NCBI RefSeq assembly: GCF_963921235.1
Contig: NC_086118.1
Location: 15,316,001-15,380,000, forward strand
Length of the DNA: 64,000 nucleotides
Origin: Mobula hypostoma
Lineage: Eukaryota
Direction of reading: 5' to 3'
Below, piece by piece: positions 24,287 through 37,559 of this stretch. Position numbers and translations under genes: made by a program. A model generated the notes under the pieces. It was not told where the DNA came from. It was given only the letters and a program-made list of their open reading frames with translations, and made no database searches. Within the stretch, counting starts at the first letter, position 1; every line of letters starts with the position of its first letter.

Positions 24287-24594
24287 CAGTGGTCCCCTAC
24301 CTCTGGGCCGTGAAGAATGCAGCAGTGCAGCATTAGTCGGAACGCACCCAGCACATTTTAAAGACAAAAGCCGAAATAAACAAGATAATTGATTAGGTGC
24401 TGCCTGGCACGTAAATGTCGGCCCAAATAAGAGGCGATGGGCCGACCTTTACGTGTTGGGCGGCACCTAATCAATTAGGTTGTTTATTTCAGGTTTTTTC
24501 TTAAAAATGTGTTGGGTGCGTTCTGACTAACGCTGCACCACTGCATACTTCGCGGCCCGGTATTGGTCCACGGCCTGGAGGTTGGGGACCACTG
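24287..24594. mobile_element. hAT-type palindromic MITE (308 bp)
   Basis: TIRs CAGTGGTCCCC.ACCTC and GAGGTTGGGGACCACTG; 8-bp TSD gcttaggg and gcttacgg; internal arms also inverted. Confidence 0.92.
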
Positions 24595-25699
24595 GCTTAC
24601 GGCAAGTGACTCAAGAGGCAGAATAATCCTCTCACTTTGCTGGAGTGTTCAGGTAGTCTACCCTGACATGCATCAGATTTTGTGTTTTTTTAAAAAGAGT
24701 TCTAATGCTGAAAACATTTCACAAAATGGGTTTGTTCTTAATATAATGTTGAAAAATCTTTTTATATTTATGTAGGGACCATAAGTTATGTGCTCTGAGT
24801 AAAGTGAACTGAATTGCTCAATTTCAGTGAGCATTTTTAATGCAGTTCTATGCACAAGAAGTACATAACCAAGATTTCCTTTTATTTCAAGAAGGGGAGA
24901 TGTGGTAGTTAATTTGAGGAGATGTATCAGTATTACAGTGGAGTAAAGGGAATTACAGAGGCATGACAGAGGTGTTGGCCAAATAGATTGGAAAAGAACG
25001 CTGGCAGGAATGACAAAAGAGCAGCAATGGCTGAAATTTCTGGAAGCAATTCAGAAGGCAAAGGATATACTGTATACATCCCAAACAGAAAAATATATTC
25101 TAAGGGTAAGATGACACAACCATGGCTAACAACAGAATTCAAGGCCAACATAAAAGCCAAAAGAGGGCATATAATAGAGCAAAGTTTAGCGGGAAGTTAG
25201 AGGACTGGGAAGCTTTTAAAAACCAATAGAAAAGTCGTAAAGAAGGAAAAGATGAAATATGAAAGTAAGCTCACCAATAATATAAGACAGGATACCAAAA
25301 GTTTTTTTCAGATACATAAAGGGTAAAAGAGAGGTGAGAGTGGAATCAGATCAATGGAAAACGATGCTGGAGAGGTAATAATGGGGGACAGGGAAATGGC
25401 AGATGAACGGAAGAAGTATTTTGCATTAGTCTTCACTGTGGAAGACACAAGGAGGATGGTGAAATTTCCAGAGAGTCAGGGGTCAGAAGGGTGTAAGGTT
25501 CTTTGGAAAGTGAAAGGTCTGAAAATAGATTAATCACCAGCACCAAAGAGTGTACACCCCAGATTCTGAAAGAGGTGGTTGAAGAGATTGTGGAGGCATT
25601 AGTAATAGTCCTTCAAAAATCACTAGATTCGGAAATGGTTCTAGAAGACTGAGAAATTGCAAAAGTCACTCCAGTCTTCAAGAAGAGAGAAAGGTAGAT

Positions 25700-26148
25700 G
25701 GTTTCCTGGATTGGGGAGAATGCCTTATGGGAATAGGTTGAGTGATCTCGGCCTTCTCTCCTTGGAATGATGGAGGATGAGAGGTAACCTGATAGAGGTG
25801 TATAAGATGATGACAGGTATTGATCATGTGGATAGTCAGAGGCTTTTTCCCAGGGCTGAAATGGTTGCCACAAGAGGACACAGGTTTAAGGTGCTGGGGA
25901 GTAGGTACAGAGGAGATGTCAGGGGTAAGTTTTTTACTCAGAGAGTGGTGAGTGCGTGGAATGGGCTTCCAGCAATGGTGGTGGAGGTGGATACGATAGG
26001 GTCTTTTAAGAGACTTTTGGATAGAAACATGGAGCTTAGAAAAATAGAGGGCTATACTAAGCCTAGTAATTTCTAAGGTTGGGACATGTTCGGCACAACT
26101 TAATGGGCCGAAGGGCCTGTCTTGTGCTGTAGGTTTTCTATGCTTCTA
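25700..26148 (+). mobile_element. Nested CR1 3' fragment (second subfamily)
   Basis: ORF 25777..26076 (RGNLIEVYK...FFTQRVVSAWNGLP); similar to 46820-47478 and 32730-33578. Confidence 0.85.
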
Positions 26149-26769
26149 ATCATAGGCCAGTTAGCCTGACCTCAGTGGTTGGGAAGATTTTGGAATCAAT
26201 TCTTAATGATATGGTTTTGGGGTATTTGGGGGCACATGATAAGATAAGCTGTAGTCAGCATGTTTCCTCAAGGGAAATTCCTGCCTGACAAATCTGTTGG
26301 AATTCTTTGAAGAAACAACAAGCAGTGTAGACAAAGGAAGATTGGTTCATGCTGTGTACTTGGATTTTCAGAAGGCCTTTGACAAGGTGCCATCCATGAG
26401 GCTGCTTAACAAGTTAGGAGCCCATGGGAGTACCGGAAAGATACTAACATAGATAAAGAAGTGGCTGATTGGCAGGAAGCAAAGTGTAGGAGCATTTTCT
26501 GCTTGGCTGCCGGTGACTACTGGTGTTCCACAAGGGTTTGTGTGGGACTGTTACTTTTTACATTATACGTCAATGACTTGAATGATGTATTGACGGCTTT
26601 GTTGCAGAGTTTGCGGATGATACCAAGGTAGGTGGAGGGGCAGGTAGTTTTGAACAAATAGAGAAGATACAGAAGGACATAGATAGATTAGGAGAATGGG
26701 GAAAGAAGTAGCAGATGGAATACAGCATCAGGAAATGTATGGTGATGTACTTTGGTACAAGAAATGAAA

Positions 26770-29700
26770 TCATATAACAATTACAGCCCGGAAATAGGCC
26801 ATCTCGGCTTTTCTAGTCCGTGCCGAACTCTTACTCTCACCTAGTCCCACCGACCTGCACTCAGCCCATAACCCTCCATTCCTTTCCTGTCCATATATCT
26901 ATCCAATTTAACTTTAAATGACAACAACGAGCCTGCCTCAACCACTTTTGCTGGAAGCTCGTTCCACACAGCTACCACTCTCTGAGTAAAGAAGTTCCCC
27001 CTCATGTCACCCCTAAACTTTTGCCCTTTAACTCTCAACTCATGTCCTCTTGTTTGAATCTTCCCCACTCTCAATGGAAAAAGCCTATCCACGTTAACTC
27101 TATCAACCCCCTCATAATTTTAAACCTCTATCAAGTCCCCCCTCAACCTTCTACGCTCCAAAGAATAAAGACCCAACTTGTTCAACCTTTCTCTGTAATT
27201 TAGGAGATGAAACCCAGGCAACATTCTAGTAAATCTCCTCTGTACTCTCTCAATTTTATTGACATCTTTCCTATAATTTGGTGACCAGAACTGTACACAA
27301 TACTCCAAATTTGGCATTACCAATGCCTTATGCAATTTCAACATTACATCCCAACTCCTATACTCAATGCTCTGATTAATAAAGGCCAGCATACCAAAAG
27401 CTTTCTTCGCCACCCTATCCACATATGATTTCACCTTCAGAGAACTATGCACCATTATTCCTAGATCCCTCTGTTCTACTGCGTTCTTCAATGCCCTACC
27501 ATTTACCATGTAAGTCCTATTTTGATTAGTCCTACCAAAATGTGGCACCTCACATTTATCAGCATTAAACTCCATCTGCCATCTTTCAGCCCACTCTTCT
27601 AAGTGGTCTAAATCTCTCTGCAAGCTCTGAAAACCTACTTCACTATCCACAACTCCACCTATCTTCGTATCATTTGTATACTTACTAATCCAATTTACCA
27701 CTCCATCATCCAGATCATTAATATATATGACAAACAACATTAGACCCAGTACAGATCCCTGAGGCACACCACTAGACACCATTCTCCAATCTGGCAGACA
27801 GTTGATCACCACTATTCTCTGGTGTCTCCCATCTAGCCACTGCTGAATCCATTTCACTACTTCAATATTAATACCTAATGATTGAACCTTCCTAACTAAC
27901 CTTCCGTGTGGAACCTTGTCAAAGGCCTTACTGAAGTCCAGATAGACAACATCAACCATTTTACCCTCGTCAACTTTCTTAGTAACCTCATCAAAAAATT
28001 CAATAAGATTTGTCAAACATGACCTTCCACGCACAAATCCATGTTGACTGTTCCTAATCAGACCCTGTCTATCCAGCTAATTAGATATGCCATCTCTAAG
28101 AATACTTTCCATCAATTTTCCCACCACTGACGTTAAACTCACAGGCCAATAATTACTAGGTTTACTCTTAGAACCCTTTTTAAACAATGGAACAACAAGA
28201 GCAATATGCCAATCCTCCGGCACCATCCCTGTTCCTAATGACATTTGAAATATTTCTGCCAGAGCCCCTGCTATTTCCACACTAACTTTGCTCAAGGTCC
28301 TAGGGAATATCCTGTCTGGGGACCCGGAGACTTATCCATAGTCATAGTCATAGTCATATTTTATTGATCCTGGAGGAATTTGGTTTTTGTTACAATTGCA
28401 CCATAAATAATAAATAGTAATAGAACCATAAATAGTTAAATAGTAATATGTAAATTATGCCAGGAAATTATGAAATAAGTCCAGGACCAGCCTATTGGCT
28501 CAGGGTGTCTGACCCTCTAAGGAAGGAGTTGTAAAGTTTGATGGCCACAGACAGGAAAGACTTCCTATGACGCTCTGTGTTGCATCTCGGTGGAATGAGT
28601 CTCTGGCTGAATGTACTCCTGTGCCCACCCAGTACATTATGTAGTGGATGGGAGACATTGACAAGATGGCATGCAATTTAGACAGCATCCTCTTTTCAGA
28701 CACCACCATGAGAGAGTCCAGTTCCATCCCCACAATATCACTGGCCTTATGAATAAGTTTGTTGATTCTGTTGGTGTCTGCTACCCTCAGCCTGCTGCCC
28801 CAGCACACAACAGCAAACATGATAGCACTGGCCACCACAGACTCGTAGAACATCCTCAGCATTGTCCGGCAGATGTTAAAGGACCTCAGTCTCCTCACGA
28901 AATAGAAACGGCTCTGCCCCTTCTTGTAGATAGCCTCAGTGTTCTTAGACCAGTCCAGTTTATTGTCAATTCGTATCCCCAGGTATTTGTAATCCTCCAC
29001 CATGTCTACACTGACCCCCTGGATGGAAACAGGGGTCACCGGTACCTTAGCTCTCCTCAGGTCTACCACCAGCTCCTTAGTCTTTTTCACGTTAAGCTGC
29101 AGATAATTCTGCTCACACCATGTGACAAAGTTTCCTACCGTAACCCTGTACTCAGCCTCATCTCCCCTGTTGATGCATCCAACTATGGTAGAGTCATCCA
29201 AAAACTTCCACTTTTATATTCCTTAAAAGCGCCAGTACTTCCTCTTCTTTAATCATCATACTTTCCATAACTATCCTACTTGTTTCCCTTACCCTACACA
29301 ATTCAATATCCTTCTCCTTAGGGAATACTGAAGAAAAGAAATTGTTCAAAATCTCCCCCATCTCTTTTGGCTCCACACATAGCAGTCCACTCTGAATCTC
29401 TAAGGGACCAATTTTATCCCTCACTATCCTTTTGCTATTAATATAACTGTGGAAACCCTTTGGATTTATTTTCGTCTTACTTGCCAAAGCAGCCTCATAT
29501 CATCCTTTAGCTTTTCTAATTTCTTTCTTAAGATTCTTTTTACATTCTTTATATTCCTCGAGCACCTCATTTACTCCAAGTTGCCTGTATTTATTGTAGA
29601 TCCCTCTCTTTTTCCTAACCAAGTTTTCAATATCCCTTGAAAACCATGGCTCTCTCAAACTTTTAACCTTTCCTTTCAACCCAACAGGAACATAAAGATC

Positions 29701-31946
29701 CTGTACCCTCAAAATTTCACCTTTAAATGACCTCCATTTCTCTATTACATCCTTCCCGTAAAACAAATTGTCCCAATCCACTCCTTCTAAATCCTTTTGC
29801 ATCTCCTCAAAGTTAGCCTTTCTCCAATCAAAAATCTCAACCCTGGTTCCAGTCCTATCCTTCTCCATAATTATACTGAAACTAATGGTATTGTGATCAC
29901 TGGACCCGAAGTGCTCCCCAACACATACCTCTGTCACCTGCCCAATCTCATTCCCTAACAGGAGACCCAACACTGCCCCTTCTCTAGTTAGTACCTCTAT
30001 GTATTGCTGCAAAAAACTACCTTGTACACATTTGACAAACTCCAAACCATCCAGCCATTTACACATGGGGCTTCCCAGTCTATGTGTGGAAAATTAAACT
30101 CTCCCACAATCACCACCTTGTGCTTCCTACAAATATCTGCTATCTCCTTACAAATTTGCTCCTCCAATTCTCTCTCCCCATTAGGTGGTCTATAATACAC
30201 CCCTATAAGCGTCACTACACCTTTCCCATTCCTCAATTTCACCCAAATAGCCTCCCTAGATGAGTCCTCTAATCTATCCTGCCAAAGCACCGCTGTTATA
30301 CTTTCTCTGACAAGCAATGCAACACCTTCCCCTCTTGCTTCTCTGATTCTATCATACCTGAAGCAAAGAAATCCAGGAATATTTAGTTGCCAATCACACC
30401 CCTCCTGCAACCATGTTTCACGAATAGCTACAACATCATATTTCCAGGTATCAATCCATGCTCTAAGCTCATCTACCTTTCTTACAATGCTCCTAGTATT
30501 AAAATAGATGCATTTAAGAAACTCTCCACCTCTTACTCTCTGTTTATTTCTAATGGAGCAAACGACTTTGTTATCTCTTTCTCCCTTCTCCCCTACATCT
30601 TTGGTCTGAGTGCTCCCGTTCTCTGTCCCCTGCCTATCCTCCCTCACACACTGTCTACTAGCCTTCTCTATTTGTGAACTAACCTCCTCTCTCCTAGTCT
30701 CTTCAATTTGATTCCCACACCCCAACCATTCTAGTTTAAAGTCCTCCTCAGTAGCCTTCGCAAATCTCCCCGCCAGGATATCGGTCCCACTCAGATTCAA
30801 GTGCAACCCGTCCTATTTGTACAGGTCACACCTGCGCCAAAAGAGGTCCCAGTGATCCAAAAACTTGAATCCCTGCCCCCTGCTCCAATCCCTCAGCCAC
30901 ACGTTTATCCTCCACCTCATTCCATTCCTACTCTCACTGTCACGTGGCACAGGCAGTAATCCCGAGATTACTACCTTAGCTGTCCTTCTTCTTAACTTCC
31001 TTCCTAACTCCCTGTATTCTCCTTTCAGGACCTCTTCCCTTTTCCTACCTATGTCATTGGTACCTATATGTACCACGACCTCTGGCTCCTCACCCTCCCA
31101 CTTCAGGATATCTTGGACGCGATCATAAACATCCTGGACCCAGGCACCAGGGAGGGAAACTACCATCTGGGTCTCCTGACTGCATCCACAGAATCGCCTA
31201 TCTGATCCCCTAACTATTCAGTCCCCTATTACTACTGCCCTCCCCTTCCTTTCCCTACCCTTCTGAGCTCCAGGGCCGGACTCTGTGCCAGGTAAGCTGT
31301 CCCCCACCCCCCAACAGTACTCAAACAGGAGTACTTATTGTCAAGGGGCAAAGCCACTGGGGTACTCTCCAATACCTGACCCTTCCCCTTCCCCTTCCTA
31401 ACCGTGACCCATTTGTCATCCTCCCGTGGCCTCGGTGTGACCACCTGCCTGTAACTCCTCTCTATCAACTCCTCACTCTCCCTGACCAGACGAAGGTCAT
31501 CGAGTTGCAGCTCCAGTTCCCTAACACGGTCCTTTAGGAGTTGCAGCTCGGCGCACCTGGCACAGATGTGGATGTCTGGGAGGCTGGGAGACTCCAGGAC
31601 CTCCCACATCTGACACCGAGAACAACAAGCTGCCCTCACACTCATACTTCCGACTTTTCCTCAAATAGCAGGAAAAATTGAAAACCAAACTTTCGTCGCC
31701 TCGCCTGTTTCCGCCTAAGCCCGTTGAGCCAAAGCCCTTAGGCCTTCACTGTGCTCCCAGCTCACTCTGCAGCCCGCAAAATGACGCTGCCCGCTGTATA
31801 AGGCTGTGTTCCTTTAAAACTTCCATGCTACACTGCCCGACGTCACACGCCTGCGCAGTCCTGCCTCTCTTAACTCCGATGAAAAAACAAAAAATTCAAA
31901 ATGGCTTCCGTCGCACTCCAGCTCCGATTCTCAGATTTCCTTCTCC
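26770..31946 (-). mobile_element. Near full-length CR1 LINE: 5'UTR, ORF1 (Cys-rich finger, coiled coil, SGNH esterase), ORF2 (APE endonuclease and RT); disrupted
   Basis: ORFs 31232..31645 (CSRC..CARC), 30813..31166 (HIGTND), 29997..30806 and 29500..30066 (ETWL, YYRPP, GEFN, SDH), 27120..28034 (RT). Confidence 0.93.
28339..29206 (-). mobile_element. Rex1/Babar LINE 3' fragment nested in the CR1
   Basis: ORF 28500..29201 (DDSTIVGCI...LNVKKTKELVVDLRR...YKYLG); (GACTAT)n tail; host sequence resumes at 29207. Confidence 0.9.
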
Positions 31947-32729
31947 GAAAGGGTAGACTATTTTCTAAATGGAGAGAAAATTCAAAAATCTGAGGCACAA
32001 GGATCTGGGAGTTCATGTGCAGGATTTTCTGAAGGTTAATTTATAGTTTGAGTCTGTGGTGAGGAAGTCAAATGTGATGTTAGCATTCATTTCAGGAGGA
32101 CTAGAATATAAACACAAGGATGTAATGCTGAGGATTTATAAAGCACTGGTGAGGCCTTACTTGGCACATTATGAGCAGCTTTGGGCGCCATATCTTAGAA
32201 AAGATGTGTTGACACTGGAGTGGTTACAAAATAGATTCACGAAAATCATTCCAGGTTTGAATGGCTTTTTATATGAAGAACATTTGATGACTCTGGGTCT
32301 GAATTCACTAGAATTCAGAAGAATGAGGAGGGCTTAATTGAAATATATCAAATAGTGAAAAGTCTTGATAAAGTAGATGTAGAGAGGACATTTCCTATTG
32401 TAGGAGACCTGAGGACCAGAGGGCACAGTCTCAGAACAGAGGGGCATCCTTTTAGAACAGAGATGACAAGAAATTTCTTTAGCCAGAGAGGGTGGATCTG
32501 TGGAATTTGTTGTCACAGGCAGCTGTACAGGCGAAGGCTTTATGAATATTTAAGGCAGAGGTAGATAGACACTTGATTGGTCAAGGCACGAAGGGATAAT
32601 GGCAGGAAATTGGGGCAGGGAAATAATGGATCAACCATGATGAAATGGCAGAGCAGAAACAATGGACCAAACAGCCTCACTCCCTTCCTATATCTTATGG
32701 TCTTAACAATGTTATTCCCATGCCACTCC

Positions 32730-33578
32730 TAGAATCATAGAAAAACTACAGCACAATACAGGCCATTTGGCCCACAATGCTGTGCCGAACATGTACTTAC
32801 TTTAGAAATTACCTCGGGTTACCCATAGTGCTCCATTTTTCTAAGCTCCATGACCCTATCCAGAAGCCTCTTAAAAGACCCTACTGTATCCACCTCCACT
32901 ACAGTCGCCGGCAGCACATTCCATGCACTCACCGCTCTGTGTAAAAAATTTACCCCTGACATCGCCTCTTGACCTCCTTCCAAGCACCTTAAGACTGTGC
33001 CCTCTCGTGTCAGCCCCAGGAAAAAGCCTCTGACTATCCACAAGATTAATGCCTCTCATCATTTTATACACCTCTGTCAGGTTATCTCTCATACTCCGTT
33101 GTTCAACGAGAAAAAGCCAAGTTCACTCAACCTATTCTCATAAGGCATGCTCCCCAATCCAGGCAACATCCTCGTAAATCTCCTCTGCACCCTTTCTATA
33201 GTTCTACACTGTAGTGAAGCAACCAGAAATGAGCATAGTACTCCAAGTAGGGTCTGACCAGGGTCCTATATAGCTGTAGCATCACTTCTTGGCTCCTGAA
33301 CTGCATCCCTCGGTTGATGCCTTCTTAACCACACAGTCAACCTGCGCAGCAGCTCTGAGTGTCATATGGCCACGGACCCCAAGGTCCCTCTGAGCCTCCA
33401 CACTACCAAGAGTCTTACCATTAATACTATATTCTGCCATCATATTTTACCTACCAAAATGAACCACTTCACACTTATCTGGGTTGAACTCCCTCTGCCA
33501 CTTGTCAGCCCAGTTTTGCATCCTATCGATGTCCTGCTGTAACCTCTGACAGTCCTCCACAACATCCCCAACCTTCCT
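32730..33578 (-). mobile_element. CR1 3' fragment
   Basis: ORFs 32871..33092 and 33447..33644 (LQQDIDRM..W..FNPDKCEVVHFGR). Confidence 0.85.
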
Positions 33579-34199
33579 ACAAGGCAGAAGTTCACATACC
33601 AAGCAAGCATGGTTTGCAATAAAGTTGATTTGAATATTCCGCATGCTGGTATCCTGGTGTGCTCTGCACTATCCCATTTTAGAATGTCAAAGGCATGGAA
33701 TATTGAGCTCCCAGTCATACTCTCCTATCACATTTTTAATAGCTAACAATCACACTCATTCATATCTATTTGTGCCACAATCTCATCAGCATGTTAAGAA
33801 TGCCGTAGACATTCATTAAAGTCTTTTTATTTTAATGTACGTAGCTACAAGAATTAAAAAAAACATCCATGGAAAGATCTGTGAGGAGATCAACAACTCT
33901 TGACCTAAATCTGTGCTCTGCACACAAAAAAATACATAACCGAAATACAAAGTAGTTTTGCTGATTACACAACTTCACTACAGCAACAAAGGTTGGATTA
34001 AGGCAGGGATATGACTGACATTAAACAGTCTATATATTTGCACAGAAAGCAAAATCAATTAATTATCTTTAATGCATAATGTGATTTGAAATATAGCAGC
34101 TTCATTTCAAAGTCAAAGTCAATAGTCAAAGTTGAGTTTACTGTCACATGCACAAGTGCAATGAAGAACTTCCAGCAACAATGCAGGTATGTAGCGTCG

Positions 34200-34990
34200 G
34201 TTGGAAAATGCATAGTCCAGCACTCTGACAGTAGAAATAAATGAGCAGACTATTTTCAAAATGGGAAGAAAATCCAAAAATCTGAGATGCAAAGGGACTT
34301 GCTAAATTTAACTAGTAGGTTGAGTTGGTGGTAAGGAAGGGAAATGCAATGTTAGCATTCATTTCAAGAGGTCTAGAATACAAAAGCAGGAATGTGATGC
34401 TGAGGCTTTGTAAGGCACCGGTGAGGCTTCACCTAGAGCAATGTGAACAGTTTTAGGCTCCAATCTAACATATGCTGGCATTGGAGAGGGTTCAGAGGAG
34501 GTTCACAAGGATGATTCCGGGAATGAAAAGGTATTCATTTGAGGAACATTTGATTGCTCTGGGTCTGGAATGCTGGAATTTAGAAGGATGAGAGGGGATC
34601 TCATTGAAACCTTTCAAATGTTGAAAGGCCTAGAAAGAGTAGATGTGAAAAGGATGTTTCCTGTGGTGGGAGAGCCGAGGACAAGAGGGCACAGCCTCAG
34701 AATAGAGAGGCAACCATTTAAAACAGAGATGTGGAGAAATTTCTTTAGCCAGAGGGTGGTGAATTTGTGGAATTTGTTACCGCTTGCTGCTGTGGAAGGC
34801 AGGTCATTGGATGCATTTAAGGCGGAGCTTGATAGATTCTTGATTGAACATGGCATCAAAGTTTATAGGGAGAAGGCCGGGAATGGGGTTGAGGAGGGGA
34901 AAAAAGGATCAGCCATGATTGAATGGCGGAGCAGACTCGATGGGCCAAATGACCAAATTCTGCTTCTATGTCTTGTGGTCTTATGGTTTT
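34200..34990 (+). mobile_element. CR1 3' fragment
   Basis: ORF 34570..35031 (RRMRGDLIETF...RNFFSQRVVNLWN). Confidence 0.85.
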
Positions 34991-36204
34991 ATACAATCAG
35001 CAGTCACAAGAAAAACAAAAAGGGCAATTAGTTACATAAAATTCTGTGCACGAAATGAATCCCAGTCACTTGTAGTCATGAGATTATGAAGTGTGGTTTA
35101 AGGTAATTATATAACCATCTACATCTGACGTAGCTGGTACAAGAAATGTACAAGAAATTACATTGGTCCTATTGCACTGATTATGGCACAGTAGAAAAAC
35201 TGCTAATAAAAATTAATCTGATGGACAATTACATATTTCATTGACAGTTTTTCATTTCATTGCACTTGCCTTTCCAATAAGGCAGAAATACTTTGCATGT
35301 GGTATTTACATTTAAATATTACATTACATAGTTACTGGATATCACGAGCTTAAAGTGGATATCATGAGCTTAAAGTGGAGTTATATTTCAGCCTGCAAAG
35401 TAAATAAGGGCTGCCAATCTTGACTCTGATCCTAATATTTGCATCATCTGCATTTTTGAGGCATATATAATATTAATGTACAAGACATATTTATAGATTT
35501 TGCAATGCATGCATTTACTTCATAAACATGTGTTAGTACTTTTATGAAACTGTGGGACAAATTAAAATACTTGAGGCAAAATGCTTGTCTGGGAGTATTC
35601 TTGCCTCCGAATCAGATAGTTGGGAGTTAATAAAAATATATTTTTAATTGAAAGATCTATCATGCTTTACTAAGCATATCACTAAGCAACACCCCATGAG
35701 CAAAAAGATCTCTGTAAGAAAATGTGACAACCTTTACAGCTGATATGATTTTTTACTGGGTAAAATAATGTAATTAAAAATTAGAGCTGTTGTTGGTCGT
35801 CAGTATAAACAGAGTTCAGCATTAGTCAGTTTAATTACTTGATATTTACTCAGGGAACTATCTTTCTCTAGGAATCAATGGTGCATTAAAATAACTTGTT
35901 AATTTCCTATTTCAACCTCTTCACAGCAGCAATAGCTCTATACATCTACCCTTTGATATTCCATTGAGTGTCTGAGATTAATCAGGAGAAAAAACAAGTT
36001 TTTGATAATTAGTCAAGTCAATTGATACAATATACCATGCATAAATATTCACCTAATCACCAGTCATAGAATTGTGGGGAGAAAAATCAAGGAAAAAGCT
36101 TGTTCAGCCCACTCACTTCACACAAACCATTAAGTATCCATTGTCATATATTTCAATTTTCCTCCATTCCCATCAACTTACCCCGTATTCTGCCATCAAC
36201 ATCC

Positions 36205-37065
36205 AAGTCCTCAGCTCAGTAAAAGTGGCCATGCAAGTGGATAGTATGGTAAAGAAGGCATATGGCATGCTTGCTTTCATTTGTCAGGACATTGAGACAC
36301 AAGTTAGGAAGTCATGTTGCAGCTATATAAATCTTTGGATAGGCTGTATTTGGAGTATTGTATTAATTTCTGTTTACCCCATTACAGAAAGGATGTGGAG
36401 GCTTTAGAAAGTGTGCAGAAGTCCAACTTCTCTTAATAGCTTAGAATCAGAATCAGAATCAAGTTTATTATCTCTGATATATGTCATGAAATTCGCTATT
36501 ATGAGGCAGCAATTCAGTTTTAGACACAAAGTTATTCTTACTCACAAGTAAAAGTAAATAGATAGATAGAGTGAAAGTGGAATAGTGAGGAGAAATTTGA
36601 TGGTAGGTGGAATGCTCTCTAATCCAAGATGTTGCATGGACAAAGTTGGAACAAACTTGGGATTACATACCCTCAGCATCAGAGGCTGAGGGGAGGCCTG
36701 ACAGAGGTTGATAAAATTCTGAGAGGCACAGTTAGCCAGAATCTATTTTGCCAGGTAAGGAATACCCAGTAGTAGAAGACATGCATTTAAGGTGATGGGA
36801 GAAATGTTAAAGGAGAAGGATGGGGGTTGTTGTTTTTTGAACATAATGACTGGTAGGTGCCTGAGATCGGCTGCCAGGAGTAGTGGTGGAAGAAGATACA
36901 ATAGTGGTGTTTAAGAGATCATTAGATAGATACAAGATTATGCAAAAAATTGAGTGATATGGATCAGGTTACAGGCAGATGAGATTTAGTTTAATCTGGC
37001 ATTATGTTCAGCACAAATCTTGTGGACTGAAGGGCCTGTTCTTATGCTATATTGTTCTATGTCTG
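36205..37065 (+). mobile_element. Degraded CR1 3' fragment with a small insert
   Basis: VKKAYGMLAFI motif; CR1 tail gaagggcctgtt. Confidence 0.7.
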
Positions 37066-37559
37066 AAATCATTTTAACCAACATATTATGGGCAATTTGC
37101 AGTGGACAACTAAGCTACCAACATATCTTCATTTTGCTACATTTGCTTTGTTATAAATAGCTCTCTAAGGAGTTTGCTGGTGTCAGTCAGGATTAACTGA
37201 AAAGTTGTAGGGATAAGGTTTAGCAAATATTGTTAATAACTTATGTGCATGGGGATATAAAACAGGTGGAATATTTGGTGGAATAATCAGAATTAGCACA
37301 CAATGCAAATATGGCCAACATAGTGGCAACTGCTGGATCGCCAGACGTACCTTGTTCAAAGGATCAATAAAGTGAACAAACAGAAAACACATGTTACTTC
37401 TCCAACGCCTTTCTTAATGGAGGTGATCTGTACTGGGTATGCTACTGGGTATGCTAACAGCAAGAGATAGGGGAGCAGATATGTAGACAAATCACAAAAT
37501 GATTTAAAAGTAATAGGCACAAGAGATTCTGAAGTTACTGGAAATCCAGAGTAACACAC

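Larger units (their letters stand above)
19305..24915 (+). mobile_element. Decayed Gypsy LTR retrotransposon (Mag-like): PBS, gag, CCHC, protease, RT, integrase, PPT
   Basis: ...ACAACA then PBS TGGTGTCAGAAATGG (19403-19417); CYKCNRVSHNKSQC knuckle; FKMDTG protease; FITPYG...FGISSAPE RT; DYYS and NGEAERAVQT integrase; PPT AAGAAGGGGAGA 24889-24900 then TGT; many stops and frameshifts; LTR limits uncertain. Confidence 0.88.
24915..32705 (+). mobile_element. Host CR1 LINE in three pieces (24915-25695, 26149-26769, 31947-32705)
   Basis: ORF2 sequence resumes colinearly across both insertions (VTPVFKK then HRPVSLTSVVGK; tttggtacaagaaatgaaa then gggtagactattttc). Confidence 0.85.

Noticed and set aside
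33580..33680. Possible displaced remainder of the Gypsy 3' LTR (contains AATAAA)
   Set aside because: I could not align it to the putative 5' LTR at 19305-19402.
35335..35378. 20-bp tandem duplication (similar small one at about 50926-50986)
   Set aside because: Ordinary slippage duplications with no sign of function.
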